From a virus (Duplodnaviria > Caudoviricetes): 64,000 nucleotides of DNA. The position numbers and the translations under genes are program-made. The stretch lies in the IMG/VR virus record IMGVR_UViG_2030936005_000025, positions 200,204 to 264,203 of that record; one strand, 5' to 3'. Numbering within the stretch: the stretch's first letter is position 1; each line of letters opens with the position of its first letter. This document shows, one piece after another, positions 34,202 to 45,123 of this stretch. Under the pieces are notes generated by a model that saw only the letters and a program-made list of their open reading frames with translations, was not told where the DNA came from and did not search any database.

Positions 34202-34756
34202 TCAGTAAAGTTGATACGCTTTGGTCGGGTCTGCCAGATAGTTATGCAGAGCACCTTCTGCTTCCTCAATAGAAAGCTCAGAGGTCAGACCTTCGGTGTC
34301 ACCCAGATCGATGTCGTACGTTTTCTTCACGTAGTCACGAATGTTTTCTGCGGTTGGTTCAAAAGCAATCTTGATGATGTCTTCTGAAATACCAAACAGG
34401 TTGACCAGCATAGTGCGGAACATATGCTCGTGATCTTTAACCTTGTTACCGGCGATGTTCAGAATAACAACATCGTTTTTCCAGGTACGGGTTTCTGGAT
34501 CCTGTTGAGCCAGAGGAACCATATCCAGACCAACGATGCTGTTCATGTATTTGATCAGTTTAATCGCATACAGGTTCACCAATTGGTATTTCACCTTGGT
34601 ACCCGCTTGCAGAACAATCAGAGGCTGCTGATCTTTGTCATAAAGACTCAACCAGACTTCTTCCATTTCCTTGAAGGTATTTTTCAGAGTAACACCCTGA
34701 AGAAGTAATTCACGGACCTGAGTAGCAATGCGCAGTGTGTTAAGATTAATGGACAT
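34202..34756 (-). CDS. Hypothetical protein
   Basis: 184 aa; AAGG site. Confidence 0.8.
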   Translation of the reverse strand: MSINLNTLRIATQVRELLLQGVTLKNTFKEMEEVWLSLYDKDQQPLIVLQAGTKVKYQLVNLYAIKLIKYMNSIVGLDMVPLAQQDPETRTWKNDVVILNIAGNKVKDHEHMFRTMLVNLFGISEDIIKIAFEPTAENIRDYVKKTYDIDLGDTEGLTSELSIEEAEGALHNYLADPTKAYQLY

Positions 34757-34809
34757 CTTTTTACCTTATAAGAAAATGATTTACTGTAACGTAAAATAGA
34801 AACAGACAT

Positions 34810-34843
34810 AAAAAATAAGTAGAGACCCCGAAGGATCTCTACT
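34810..34843 (-). terminator. Intrinsic terminator after the protease gene
   Basis: AGTAGAGA/TCTCTACT stem with a T6 tract 2 nt away on the minus strand. Confidence 0.65.
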
Positions 34844-34848
34844 CGATT

Positions 34849-35700
34849 TTAGAAGATGTCCATGAAGTTAACTTTGGCACCTAACTCGTCGCCTGACTTG
34901 TAATTCTTTTTCATTACATTCAGAACGTCACGATAGTGATCCAATGCTTCCATGCCACCGACACGGATCAATGCGTCTTGATCTGAAACTTCGGTGTGTA
35001 ATGCTTCATCCAGACGCGTCAGCATATCGCTTACACTGAACTTCTGGAGGTTGTCGCGTAAACCCATGCCTGACAGGAAGCTTTCACAGCCCGCAGTCAT
35101 GTGCTTGTTAGCGTGAATCATGCCTGGCTCAGAGACCCAATCATAACCGGTCCAGTATTCCACATTCTTACGTGTCTCACCTGCTTTGAACGGAGAGATC
35201 TGAGTACGAATAGAAACAGCGGTGTTATGACGAGGGTTCGCCAGTGACTCTTTAAATTCGGGACCACGTGGACCAAACGGTTCACAACGGATGTAGTTCC
35301 AAATCGGTGCCATTGGATTACGTTCGTTCTCAAACTCGAACAGCACTTCGCTGATCAACCCACAGATGTTAGCGGGGTCATAAGAACGCAAACGGTTGAT
35401 CCATTGCAGAATGTCTGTCATTGGTTTGGCATATTTAATACCATTCTCAATCACATAGAAAAACGGCTCAGGATGTTCCACTTCCATTTTGCAGTAACCC
35501 ATTTTGATGCGGCGCTGCAAATCAGAGTTGGCATTGATTTGTTCAAGAACATAGTCGTTCGACGGATAAGTGATGCCCGCGTGGTTTGGCACATTAAATG
35601 CACCTGCGTTCAACAGATAACGACCATCCTGGTCAGGGCGCAGAATCCCTTTCTTACCTGTATCAGCAAGAATAATATTACCTAAGCTGATATCAGCCAT
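34849..35700 (-). CDS. Prohead (head maturation) protease, phiKZ gp175-like
   Basis: MEVEHP (catalytic His) and AVSIR (catalytic Ser) motifs; WTGYDWVSEPG; synteny. Confidence 0.9.
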   Translation of the reverse strand: MADISLGNIILADTGKKGILRPDQDGRYLLNAGAFNVPNHAGITYPSNDYVLEQINANSDLQRRIKMGYCKMEVEHPEPFFYVIENGIKYAKPMTDILQWINRLRSYDPANICGLISEVLFEFENERNPMAPIWNYIRCEPFGPRGPEFKESLANPRHNTAVSIRTQISPFKAGETRKNVEYWTGYDWVSEPGMIHANKHMTAGCESFLSGMGLRDNLQKFSVSDMLTRLDEALHTEVSDQDALIRVGGMEALDHYRDVLNVMKKNYKSGDELGAKVNFMDIF

Positions 35701-36439
35701 TGTTATCTCCTGCAGCGGCAGGTAGGCCGCGGATGACTTCTTCCAGGTTTGTTACTTTCGTATCTGGATTCAAGATACCCGAGATGATGTTGTCACTCAT
35801 GTAGCCCGAAGCTAAACGGCTAAAGGTTGAGTTCAACAATTGTCCTGGGTTGTTGATACCGATGATACGAGGTTTAATATTCGGATCCTTGAGAGAAGGC
35901 GAGTAACGGAACGGGATATCCATGTTATCCGGGTCACGCTGAGTCAGGGCATAAAGCACACGGACTGCTTGGTTACAAGTTCCCATTGATTTACCTGTGT
36001 AGAACTTCGCTTCGTCATAAACACTCAGCAAGTCCTCTGCATCGAAGTACCAAGGGATACGCGCATACTTGGTGAACTCCAAGTAATAATAGTAACCGAT
36101 GTTGCTGTCCATAGGAACAGTCAACGATTCAATCACCACATCACCTGGTTCGAAGTCCAACATGTAATAACGATCGTTCTTGATCGTCTCTTCGTAAATA
36201 TCCCCAGGCTTCAATACTACCTTAACCATCCCGCCAAAGAACGCATACGACGTCTCAAAGATAATACCAATCATCAAGATCGATGTTACCGTATCAGAAA
36301 TCTCAGCCAAGTTACTTTGTTCGAAACGCTTAGGGAAGCATGCAGTGACTTTCTTCAAAGCCACCACACTACCATCAGGCAAGACTTTGAGAGCGGAACT
36401 AACCCGCTCCCTGTCTTTTTTCAGATTGTCATAATCCAT
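35693..36439 (-). CDS. phiKZ gp176-like virion protein; possibly the small C-terminal beta-prime piece of the virion RNA polymerase
   Basis: 248 aa between the protease and gp177-like genes. The RNAP assignment is recalled from SPN3US gp244 and was not verified here. Confidence 0.55.
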   Translation of the reverse strand: MDYDNLKKDRERVSSALKVLPDGSVVALKKVTACFPKRFEQSNLAEISDTVTSILMIGIIFETSYAFFGGMVKVVLKPGDIYEETIKNDRYYMLDFEPGDVVIESLTVPMDSNIGYYYYLEFTKYARIPWYFDAEDLLSVYDEAKFYTGKSMGTCNQAVRVLYALTQRDPDNMDIPFRYSPSLKDPNIKPRIIGINNPGQLLNSTFSRLASGYMSDNIISGILNPDTKVTNLEEVIRGLPAAAGDNNG

Positions 36440-37956
36440 TAGACTTTAAGCAGTCGCTTGATAATGACTTGATCGATTGCCAGAGACAACGCTTTACGCT
36501 GCTGTTCAATTGTACTTGCCGGGTTCTTGGCATTGATCACCAGAATCTCCTGAGCCAGAGGACAATCAAACGCGTCAGCCAGTACTGCTGCCAGAACGGT
36601 ATTCATCAGTGAGTTGTTCTCACGGACGATTGCATCTAGCATCGCTGTGTTGTTGAAGAACACATTCAGGTCAACCTGCTGAGTCACACGAGCCAGAACA
36701 CGCTGACTCATTGGAATGTTTTCTTCCATGGTTTCCAGCAGTGGTTTGAACTCTTCTTTACCCGCCAGTGTTTCCAGAACCTGTGCAAAGATCTTGCGAG
36801 CCATTGCACCTTTGTTCGCCATCAGCGCAACAGTCACATCGTTCTGATATTCACGCCAGGCTTCCACCACGGTGTCTTTATCAGTGATGATGTCTTTAAC
36901 GCGATATTCACGGAACTTGGCATACACAAAGCCCATCACGTATTCAGACAGGGACAGCTGATCTGAATCCGCAAACATGGTCAGCACTGCGTTGTTGTAA
37001 CCAATGGTCAATGGACCTTGGAGAACAGGCAGAGAACCGGTGGTAGAATCACCCAGTGGTTTGTACTGAACCTGGTTATCGATTACGATAATACCGGCGG
37101 TTGCTTTCTGTTCCCAGATCAGTTTGAAATGCCAGAGCATAGTGCCAAACAGATCACGAGTCAGACGCAGAGAGTTACGGTAGTCATCAAGACCAATGCC
37201 AGTAACGCCGTCAAGTGGATCATCCATTGAAGTCAGTTTGTTCAGAATCAAGGTTGCAATAACCAGAGTACGGAACGCACTGAAACGATAGTTCAATGGA
37301 GAAGCGATGTTCGCTACACCGTCAGTGACAGTGTTCGGGCTGAACACAGAGAAGAAGAATTTGTCTACAAACAGAGAGCTGTAGATACGTTCAACTTCAG
37401 CCGGGTCAGTGAAGAACTGTTGCAGATCAGGAACATCAACCGCAATCATGTCAACCAGATCAGTACCGGACATCTGCGGGTAAGTACCCTGAAGCAGCTC
37501 ACTCAGACGGATGGTCTGAATGTCACGGAAAGCCGGAGCCGGTTCCTGAGGGTAGAAGTAGGAGTTCATAAACGCAGGTTCTACGTTTACCATTTCCAGC
37601 TGCACATTGCTCAGGATGGTCTCAACCGCAGAGTCAGCTGAGATAGAACCACGCAGGCGATCTTCGGTTTCAGCCAGGATAGGCTTGATGTTGCGAGAGA
37701 TCACATACAGCGCACCACGGATTGAATCAGCAACAATGGTAGTTGCCGCATCCATCACTTCAGTGTGATCAGGAACCAGTGCAGTGTAATCAGGCAGTTC
37801 AACCGCAATGTTGTCAGGGGTAAAGCTCACAATGCTTGCGGTAGTTTCATCCAGACCTTTGATGATGTCGCCAGAAATGTCATGCAGGTTCAGACCTTTC
37901 TCAGTCGCTAACTGCGCCAGCGGCGTCGCCATCAATACAGTTTGTTGCTTAATCAT
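36439..37956 (-). CDS. Virion head/ejection protein (phiKZ gp177-like, by synteny)
   Basis: 505 aa, helical, biased codon usage. Confidence 0.65.
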   Translation of the reverse strand: MIKQQTVLMATPLAQLATEKGLNLHDISGDIIKGLDETTASIVSFTPDNIAVELPDYTALVPDHTEVMDAATTIVADSIRGALYVISRNIKPILAETEDRLRGSISADSAVETILSNVQLEMVNVEPAFMNSYFYPQEPAPAFRDIQTIRLSELLQGTYPQMSGTDLVDMIAVDVPDLQQFFTDPAEVERIYSSLFVDKFFFSVFSPNTVTDGVANIASPLNYRFSAFRTLVIATLILNKLTSMDDPLDGVTGIGLDDYRNSLRLTRDLFGTMLWHFKLIWEQKATAGIIVIDNQVQYKPLGDSTTGSLPVLQGPLTIGYNNAVLTMFADSDQLSLSEYVMGFVYAKFREYRVKDIITDKDTVVEAWREYQNDVTVALMANKGAMARKIFAQVLETLAGKEEFKPLLETMEENIPMSQRVLARVTQQVDLNVFFNNTAMLDAIVRENNSLMNTVLAAVLADAFDCPLAQEILVINAKNPASTIEQQRKALSLAIDQVIIKRLLKV

Positions 37957-38125
37957 TATTAACAGCTCCTGTAATGATTTCTTTCACGGCGCGAGAGGTA
38001 ACCTCATTCTGGGTATCCGCATCAAGCGGTGCCTGGAATTCATAACCTACTTTTTCTTTTACCTTACCGACGAACTCAAAGATATTCGATACGGTAATGA
38101 TATTGTCTACGGCAAGCTTAGACAT
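37949..38125 (-). CDS. 58-aa hypothetical protein (MSKLAVDNIITVSNIFEFVGKVKEKVGYEF…); not in ORF track
   Basis: AAAGGAAAG site; fills the gap between endolysin and the gp177-like gene, overlapping the latter by 8 nt. Confidence 0.7.
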   Translation of the reverse strand: MSKLAVDNIITVSNIFEFVGKVKEKVGYEFQAPLDADTQNEVTSRAVKEIITGAVNND

Positions 38126-38140
38126 AATCTTTCCTTTAAG

Positions 38141-39127
38141 TTAAATGAGACCAAATGCTGTTTTAGCAATACCCAGCATTTTCACCCGGTCTGCCATCCC
38201 ATTAGGTTCGAGATCGCGTTTAGGGTAATATGGTTTAGCCTGTTTAGCCCAGCCATTGACGTAGACGGAAACCCAGAAGATATCATCTTTATCAGCAGTT
38301 GCATTGAGCTTCGGCTTAATGTATCCCCAGAAATAACCGGAGGCCAATGCTGAGTAAAGTGGATTGTTCGCAACCTGAGCTGCCGCGGCAGGAGAGGATG
38401 TGATATCAATGGTATCGTCATTCAAGTGCTGACGCAGAAACTCTTGGCATTTCAAATAATTCAGACGGCCCGTTAATTGTAACCAGCCACGCCCTTTGAA
38501 AAGCTTACCATCACCGGGTTGGGTATTGCCTAAATCAGCACGACCTTCATAAGCTGACCCACTTGCAATCTCTTCACTGTAATTAAAGAAAGCCGTTTCA
38601 TGCAGAATCTGTGCCATGAAATGTGCCTTACGTAAACCAGTGGTAATGTCAAACAACGTCATGCATTTGTTCAGGGGATCAATGATGGATGCGATTTTAC
38701 CCCAGACTGATTGCGGAAGCATTGCCTTGAGCTGATCTTCATTGACGTGTGGCGGAACTACGGTAGCCGGTTGTAGCGGAAGCATGGTCTCTCCATTGGG
38801 GCTTTTAAGTGTTTTCGAGTAAGCGGAGCAGAGGGCGTTAAAAGCACCTTGAGAAGAAGTACCCCACTTACCGTCAATAGTAACGGTATACAAACCAGCA
38901 CGAGCAAGAGCAGTTTGAATGAAGGTAAATACGGATTCAGCTTCATAAGTATTTCCGGGAAGGGTTTTCGTTCCAATAACCGGGAACGCTTTGTTCATCA
39001 TCGTAATTACAGCTGTCCGACAAAGATCTCCAAAGAGGCCGTCGATACGGCCTCTATAGAGTGATAAATTTGCCAGCGAAGTCTGAATTGATTTGATGAT
39101 CGTTTCATTCTTAGCGCTGTTAGCCAT
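38141..39127 (-). CDS. Modular endolysin: two peptidoglycan-binding repeats plus a GH19 muramidase domain
   Basis: IQTSL…IDGLFG and IQTAL…IDGKWG repeats; FMAQILHET…YEGRADLGNTQPGDG..FKGRGWLQLTGR.NY. Confidence 0.92.
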   Translation of the reverse strand: MANSAKNETIIKSIQTSLANLSLYRGRIDGLFGDLCRTAVITMMNKAFPVIGTKTLPGNTYEAESVFTFIQTALARAGLYTVTIDGKWGTSSQGAFNALCSAYSKTLKSPNGETMLPLQPATVVPPHVNEDQLKAMLPQSVWGKIASIIDPLNKCMTLFDITTGLRKAHFMAQILHETAFFNYSEEIASGSAYEGRADLGNTQPGDGKLFKGRGWLQLTGRLNYLKCQEFLRQHLNDDTIDITSSPAAAAQVANNPLYSALASGYFWGYIKPKLNATADKDDIFWVSVYVNGWAKQAKPYYPKRDLEPNGMADRVKMLGIAKTAFGLI

Positions 39128-42100
39128 TTAGTACCTGCCGTATTTGGAGATCATGCGATTGGTGTAAACGTTGTTGATTTCGTTAGCGACTAACTTATCA
39201 CGCAAGCTTAATACCATTCGGTTCAGCAATGACTTCAATGAGAAGATGATATCAACAGGGCGACCATCCACCGTGTAGATTGGATTTTCGTAGATAAAGC
39301 CAACCGTACCTTTCATCTGGTTCCCTACTACAAACTTATCCGCAGTAGTGGTTTTGATCTTGTTGTCGATATAGATAAGGACAACAGCAGTGTCAGGATA
39401 CAGCTTGCTCTTACCAACCGAGGTGTTACCACCCACGTTACCTGTTGGAGCCGTCATCTGTTTATAGGAAGCAATCTTCCCACGCACAGCATCTTGCTTC
39501 TTGATAAAGGCACGGAGACTTTCATCCCAACCTTCTGGATCACCGTTATAGACCACATCGATCTTGGTAATCTTACCAGACTGTTTTGCCTTAATCTGTT
39601 TGATACCTAAACGATCTAGGCCAGCAAACTCTTGTGCATCTTCAAAATCGAATGCCGCTGATTCAGGGTTCTGAATATCACACAGAACTTGGTCGTACTC
39701 AACTTCATCACCCACTTTGACATGCAGTTTGATTGACTGATTCGCATCAACAGTAAACTCATTCGGTTTAACGAACGGAGATGTAGATGCATCAGCAAAC
39801 CCTTTCACGATTCCAATGGAGTCCTCAAAGGTAAACTGGTCTTCAAAGAGTGCGATACGAGCATTACCACCTGACATCCAAACAACACGGGTATTGTCAA
39901 CAGGGTCACGTGCAAAGAACATCTTATCGAACGCCAGGATCTCACCTGCCTGGAATTCATAACCCACCGCACGATCTGTGATCTTTAAGTGTTTATGATA
40001 TTCACCCGCACCTTTACCGATTTCGTATCCCAGTGGGAACTTGTCAGTAGAACCGTCGTCATACTCCACGACCATGCCGTAATCAGTAACTTCAGTCACC
40101 TTACCGGCTTTCTTGGCAATAGAGGAATAGAGCTCAGAGGTACGATAAGCAAGCATTGAGTCATAAGACGTACGCAGTGGGTTCATTGCGTAGTTATCTG
40201 CTGCCATTACCTGAGACTGCTGCACACCGGAGAACAGAGTACGTTTGGTATCGTCCTTTGTTGTTCCGTACAGCAAATTCATCACGACAGAACCACGACC
40301 CGCATTGGTGCCTTTCTCTTTGACATTCACGTTACCGTAAAGGTCAGTGATCTTGGCATCCGCTGTGAGGTAACCGATGAAGCCAACTTTACCGGAGTCC
40401 TTACCTGCTTCTGAAACCACACCCGCATAGTTAGGCAGCTGACCACGAGTACGGCGAACCATCGCCTGGTCAGAACGACCCAACGTACCACCAAAGGTAT
40501 ATTCCTCTTGGGACTTCACCTGGTGAACCGGGTTAACTTCTTCAGCAGCCTGACATGAGGAGTCTGTAATAATGTTCATCATCACAGCTTCTGGGTTCAG
40601 GTCAAAGGTCTTCTTACCGTTGTTCGGTTTGTTACGATACTGACGTGTTGCTTTAACAAGCTCACGATAAACGTGACCGGCAAAACGTTCGTAACCCACA
40701 AAGCGCTGTTCCGTGATTTCGATCTCGTGTTGAGCTTCGTTATTGAGCATCAGCTTAACAGCTTCAATCAACAACTTGTCCATCACAACAGGATACTTAA
40801 ACTTCTTCAGCAAACGCATGGTGATGGGGTCAATGAACATGTCGAAGATCATACTCATCTCTTTAAAGTGAGATGGCTTGACACGTGGATCTTGAACCAA
40901 GCTGAACCAGACGTTAGGGTTATCCAAATCAGAACGTGCAAAGTTCGTTAAGCCTGTGAGCTTACGCAAACCTGACATCACTAATGTGGCCAACTCATCA
41001 CGACGGTTAAACACCAGACGTTCATCAGCGAAGGCGACCATGTACTCATCGGCACTCAGTTGTGCACGAGTATCAGGATCCAGCGTACGGTATTGTACCT
41101 TCAACATCTTCATGACTTCAGACAAGCCAATCCAATATGACAGCACAACGACCACAGGGAAACGATAACCGTTGATGTTTACTGTCGCAGTTGGTACCGG
41201 AGCTTTGGCAACGTTCAGTCCCAAGATTTCCTCGATATAACCCCGCTCAGACCCATCTACTGTCACCAGTCCTGTTGAATCGATCAGGATTGGAGAGTCA
41301 CCCTGGAAACCAATCAACCAACTGTCCGCATTACAGAGTTTCGCTAACTCACGCTTCCCGTCAACCAACTTCACGGTATCAAAGTCAAAGGTATATTCAG
41401 GCGTGCTGATTTCTTTAAAGCGAGAAGCCAGGATGCTGTAATAATAACAGACCTCGCTCTTAGGTGGTTTGTTACCACCCAGACTTACACGGATAGATTT
41501 ATCCACGTAAGACTTCTCGATGATCGACTTACGCAACCAAGACGCATAATCATCCACTTTCATTGTAGAACGTTCCACCATGACTTTCTTGTCATAATAA
41601 GACGTCAATGAAACTTTGGTTGGACTGATCTTACGGATTGGCAATTCCATACGCATCAACTGAGCATATGAACGCACACCGTTAATGGTGAAGGTTCCGT
41701 CTGACTCAACTTTTGGAATACGCATACGACGGGTAGATGGACTACCTTTAATCGGCTGGAACTTCATGGTATAAACATCATACTTGGAGTCAGCTGTGAT
41801 AATCGATTCGCGATCCAAACCAGTTAATGCAGTTTTACCGTTCTGGACGTGTAACACCATTTCCATGATGTTGCGTTCCAGTAAACCTGAGGTGATGTAT
41901 TCAGTACGAAGTTCTTCAGTACGTGAACGCAGCACAGACTTGTCACGAATAACGATACTGTCAGGTGACAGGTCTTCGTTCTTCAGCGCCATGTTCTCAG
42001 GTTTGATATCTGCAATCTCTTCAAGAGAGTAACCACCAATATCGATATCACGATATGAGTTAGCCGCATTCATGAAGTACTCAGCTTCACGTGTGGTAAT

Positions 42101-43492
42101 CTGACCAGTCTTAGCCAGCTCACGCAATTCACGTTCAATTGCTGAAGTCGGTGACGCAGCAGCGGTTGGTGTAATCGTTGCCGATTCTACCGTTACGCGC
42201 TCAAATACATCATCGGCGATATCTTGTCCCCACTGGTCCGCGCCAGATATATCTCCTTCTTCCTCCTCGAGTCCATCTGGAGTAGTGATATATGTCTCAG
42301 GATTAGACGCTTCTCCCTGACTTCCGACGGGGTGAACTGGTACATCAGGAGTTCTCTTAGGGCTGGCGTAAAGATCAGCGAGAGAACTAGGCCCACGATT
42401 ATCATCCATAGTGGGATCGACGCTAGGAATCCTTTCGGACGCTTGCTCATGTGTTTTGGTTCCGGATAATGGCGCTCCGCTATTACCTTCATCCTCTTCT
42501 GAAGGGCTTTCCGTTTCCGCTTCATTAGTGATAGTCGTCTCATTAACAGGAGAAACAAGACTAATAAGATTAAGATAAAAACGTTTAAAGTAATTAATCT
42601 TAAGTGAACTTGGTTTATCATCAGTAGGTTTATCTGAATAAGCCATAAGGTTGATCAAGTTCTGGAGATTCACAATCCAACATGTGCCGTTGTAAGTGAA
42701 GATCAACTCTAACTGACGTTTTGAGTCGTCGTTCAAACGGTTAAACAGGGAGTACTGTTTATCATCAAAACCCATTAAGATCGCGTAGAGGTCAAGCAGC
42801 CAGAATGATTGCTCAGCCTGGAAGTGACGCAGTGGCCTTTTATCGTACTTAACAATCTGCCCATCAGCGTTGAAGAAATTCTTATATTGGTTGAAAGCCA
42901 ATTCGAGTTCTTTATATGTGGGGAAAGTACGAGGCAAAGGCATTTCGACAAACTGATGTTTGTCAAACTTACTGAACTCATTGATAGAGTCCATTAAGGT
43001 ATAGCGGGTGTTGTAGCTTTGCTGGAAAGGTGTGAACACCGTTCGGCGGTTATAGACAATAGGAATCTGTCCAATCGCCAAGTCGTTCACCAAGAGTTCA
43101 CCTTCTTTGCCAATCACACTCGGATAGTTTCGAGTGCGCTGATACATGAAGTGTGAACTTTCATACGCTTTGATAATCGAACTTAACTGAACTTGAACGT
43201 TACGGATAGTTCCGAGGACCACTTCATAGTTCGGGTTAAAGAAGATATTGATGCGCTTATCATAATTGCTAATAAAAGGTGCAGTGTTACTTGGACCCAC
43301 TTCACCTGGATGATGTTGCTGGTAATGAATGAGCGAGTTACGTGGAAGCATGATATCCCCGATCGGTGTATACCGGGGATTGGTGATATCGTTAATCTTT
43401 TCACGCGTACCGAAAAGACGAACAAACATGCTGTACTGTAACGCCTCATTCCCTGCAACTGCAAACAAGTTTAAGGGAATGTGTTTCGACAT
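39128..43492 (-). CDS. rpoB: Virion RNA polymerase beta subunit, N-terminal/major part (phiKZ gp178-like)
   Basis: 1454 aa; GTFTINGVRSYAQ, SEAGKDSGKVG, TFEDSI and ADKFVVGNQMKG motifs; synteny. Confidence 0.9.
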   Translation of the reverse strand: MSKHIPLNLFAVAGNEALQYSMFVRLFGTREKINDITNPRYTPIGDIMLPRNSLIHYQQHHPGEVGPSNTAPFISNYDKRINIFFNPNYEVVLGTIRNVQVQLSSIIKAYESSHFMYQRTRNYPSVIGKEGELLVNDLAIGQIPIVYNRRTVFTPFQQSYNTRYTLMDSINEFSKFDKHQFVEMPLPRTFPTYKELELAFNQYKNFFNADGQIVKYDKRPLRHFQAEQSFWLLDLYAILMGFDDKQYSLFNRLNDDSKRQLELIFTYNGTCWIVNLQNLINLMAYSDKPTDDKPSSLKINYFKRFYLNLISLVSPVNETTITNEAETESPSEEDEGNSGAPLSGTKTHEQASERIPSVDPTMDDNRGPSSLADLYASPKRTPDVPVHPVGSQGEASNPETYITTPDGLEEEEGDISGADQWGQDIADDVFERVTVESATITPTAAASPTSAIERELRELAKTGQITTREAEYFMNAANSYRDIDIGGYSLEEIADIKPENMALKNEDLSPDSIVIRDKSVLRSRTEELRTEYITSGLLERNIMEMVLHVQNGKTALTGLDRESIITADSKYDVYTMKFQPIKGSPSTRRMRIPKVESDGTFTINGVRSYAQLMRMELPIRKISPTKVSLTSYYDKKVMVERSTMKVDDYASWLRKSIIEKSYVDKSIRVSLGGNKPPKSEVCYYYSILASRFKEISTPEYTFDFDTVKLVDGKRELAKLCNADSWLIGFQGDSPILIDSTGLVTVDGSERGYIEEILGLNVAKAPVPTATVNINGYRFPVVVVLSYWIGLSEVMKMLKVQYRTLDPDTRAQLSADEYMVAFADERLVFNRRDELATLVMSGLRKLTGLTNFARSDLDNPNVWFSLVQDPRVKPSHFKEMSMIFDMFIDPITMRLLKKFKYPVVMDKLLIEAVKLMLNNEAQHEIEITEQRFVGYERFAGHVYRELVKATRQYRNKPNNGKKTFDLNPEAVMMNIITDSSCQAAEEVNPVHQVKSQEEYTFGGTLGRSDQAMVRRTRGQLPNYAGVVSEAGKDSGKVGFIGYLTADAKITDLYGNVNVKEKGTNAGRGSVVMNLLYGTTKDDTKRTLFSGVQQSQVMAADNYAMNPLRTSYDSMLAYRTSELYSSIAKKAGKVTEVTDYGMVVEYDDGSTDKFPLGYEIGKGAGEYHKHLKITDRAVGYEFQAGEILAFDKMFFARDPVDNTRVVWMSGGNARIALFEDQFTFEDSIGIVKGFADASTSPFVKPNEFTVDANQSIKLHVKVGDEVEYDQVLCDIQNPESAAFDFEDAQEFAGLDRLGIKQIKAKQSGKITKIDVVYNGDPEGWDESLRAFIKKQDAVRGKIASYKQMTAPTGNVGGNTSVGKSKLYPDTAVVLIYIDNKIKTTTADKFVVGNQMKGTVGFIYENPIYTVDGRPVDIIFSLKSLLNRMVLSLRDKLVANEINNVYTNRMISKYGRY

Positions 43493-45123
43493 TATGCTAA
43501 TCCGTTTGTTAATGAACGTAAAAGGAATTCATGCGGTTCTTGCACCGGGTCGTATAAGAAGTCACCGGAACCTGAAATATAGAAGTCACGTTTGCCAAAC
43601 AACGCTTCAACTTCACGAATGGAGTCTTCTGCCATAATAGAGTTAGCCGACAGGGCATCACCATCGAAGTCAGCACCTGCCAATCCAATACGAATGTTCG
43701 CAATCGACATACCGTCAAAGTAACTTGGGTTCTTCGTATAAGCAGGGAAGTAATTGTACTTGGTAATTACCGTCTGTCCATCCAGATCTAACAAGCTACG
43801 CTCGCTTGATGTCGAGTTGGTTGGCATGACGAAGACACGACTTGGATATATCGAACCTATCCCAGTAATTGGGTATCGAGTAACCTGCAACATTTTCTTC
43901 TCAATTTCTGGTACGCATTGCATATAGAAGAATTGAGTATAGGTTACCGGACGAACCAGTTTGCGATCCATTCCCTCTGGCAGGTCATCGATATCGTGCA
44001 AGAGCATCACGTTCTTGCCATCATCGTAAACCAGGCCCAGATAGTGACCCGCTACTTTAATGTCGCGGTTACGCAGGTTAGGCGAACCATAACCATTGAA
44101 CAGGGAAGTTAAGCCATCACTCGAGGTGAACTTATCCACCACAGTAGGACCGACTTCCACATAGACTGCATTCAGTGTCTTTGGATCAACCAGACGTGCC
44201 GTTCCCAAACCTGAGGTGAAGACTTCATTCAAGAAGCCATTGGTCAGTTGGTGAATAGCGACAAGGTTAAAGCCCAGGAGAGCCTGGAACAAACCAATGA
44301 TGGTTGAGTTAGGATCACCAGTGACATTATTGTCACAGTCCTCTACAGACACTTTACGCGAGGTAATAACGTTACGCGTTGCACCGAAGATAGCACGACG
44401 TGACATGCGGCGTTGCATAAAGCCACGCTTACCTTCTTGCATATTAAAGAAGAAGTCCGCAATGTTGTTGAAGCTTTCCTGCAAGCCCCAGCGAATGCTA
44501 TCGTAAACCGGATCACCTAAATCAATGTTCTTGATGTTCAGAGACTTGCTACGGAAAATCAATTTACGATAGAGGTCGTTGACTTCATTTTCAGTCACCA
44601 CACTACCGGTTCCATTCGGGGTAAATTCGATATCACGAATACCCGCTGGAATAACGATCACATTGCTCGATAATGCTTGTTGTTTAAATTTATTGACAAG
44701 GTCGATCTTCTGTTTACGTTTGAAAGATTCGTTTTGCTTGGGATCTAATTCATAGAAGTGTTGCATGAAAAAGGCAAAACCTGTTTCACCTTCGATGAGG
44801 TTGGATTTTATGAAATCCTTCTCAACCGGATCCCAAGTCGCATAAGCGCGACCTTTAATGATTTCACCGTACAGACTCTTTAATTGAATCAGTGCTTTGA
44901 AATAGGTCGGGTTAAAAATAGGTAGCGTGACATCAATATAAGAAATCGTTGTATCACGTTCAGCGGTTCCCACACGACCAAAGATTTCGGTCGAATAAAG
45001 TCCCTGGTCATTTAAGTTGTTGGTTTGGCCTTCAAAGGCATCCGCAACCGTAACTGGCTTCATCAAAGCCCAAGGTACTTTATTGGGATCCAACAAAGAA
45101 AAGTTAGTAGGGTTTCTGCTCAT
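43492..45123 (-). CDS. rpoC: Virion RNA polymerase beta-prime subunit (phiKZ gp180-like)
   Basis: Catalytic GADFDGD; GLYSTEIFG; VIPAGIRD; VNDLYRKLI. Confidence 0.93.
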   Translation of the reverse strand: MSRNPTNFSLLDPNKVPWALMKPVTVADAFEGQTNNLNDQGLYSTEIFGRVGTAERDTTISYIDVTLPIFNPTYFKALIQLKSLYGEIIKGRAYATWDPVEKDFIKSNLIEGETGFAFFMQHFYELDPKQNESFKRKQKIDLVNKFKQQALSSNVIVIPAGIRDIEFTPNGTGSVVTENEVNDLYRKLIFRSKSLNIKNIDLGDPVYDSIRWGLQESFNNIADFFFNMQEGKRGFMQRRMSRRAIFGATRNVITSRKVSVEDCDNNVTGDPNSTIIGLFQALLGFNLVAIHQLTNGFLNEVFTSGLGTARLVDPKTLNAVYVEVGPTVVDKFTSSDGLTSLFNGYGSPNLRNRDIKVAGHYLGLVYDDGKNVMLLHDIDDLPEGMDRKLVRPVTYTQFFYMQCVPEIEKKMLQVTRYPITGIGSIYPSRVFVMPTNSTSSERSLLDLDGQTVITKYNYFPAYTKNPSYFDGMSIANIRIGLAGADFDGDALSANSIMAEDSIREVEALFGKRDFYISGSGDFLYDPVQEPHEFLLRSLTNGLA

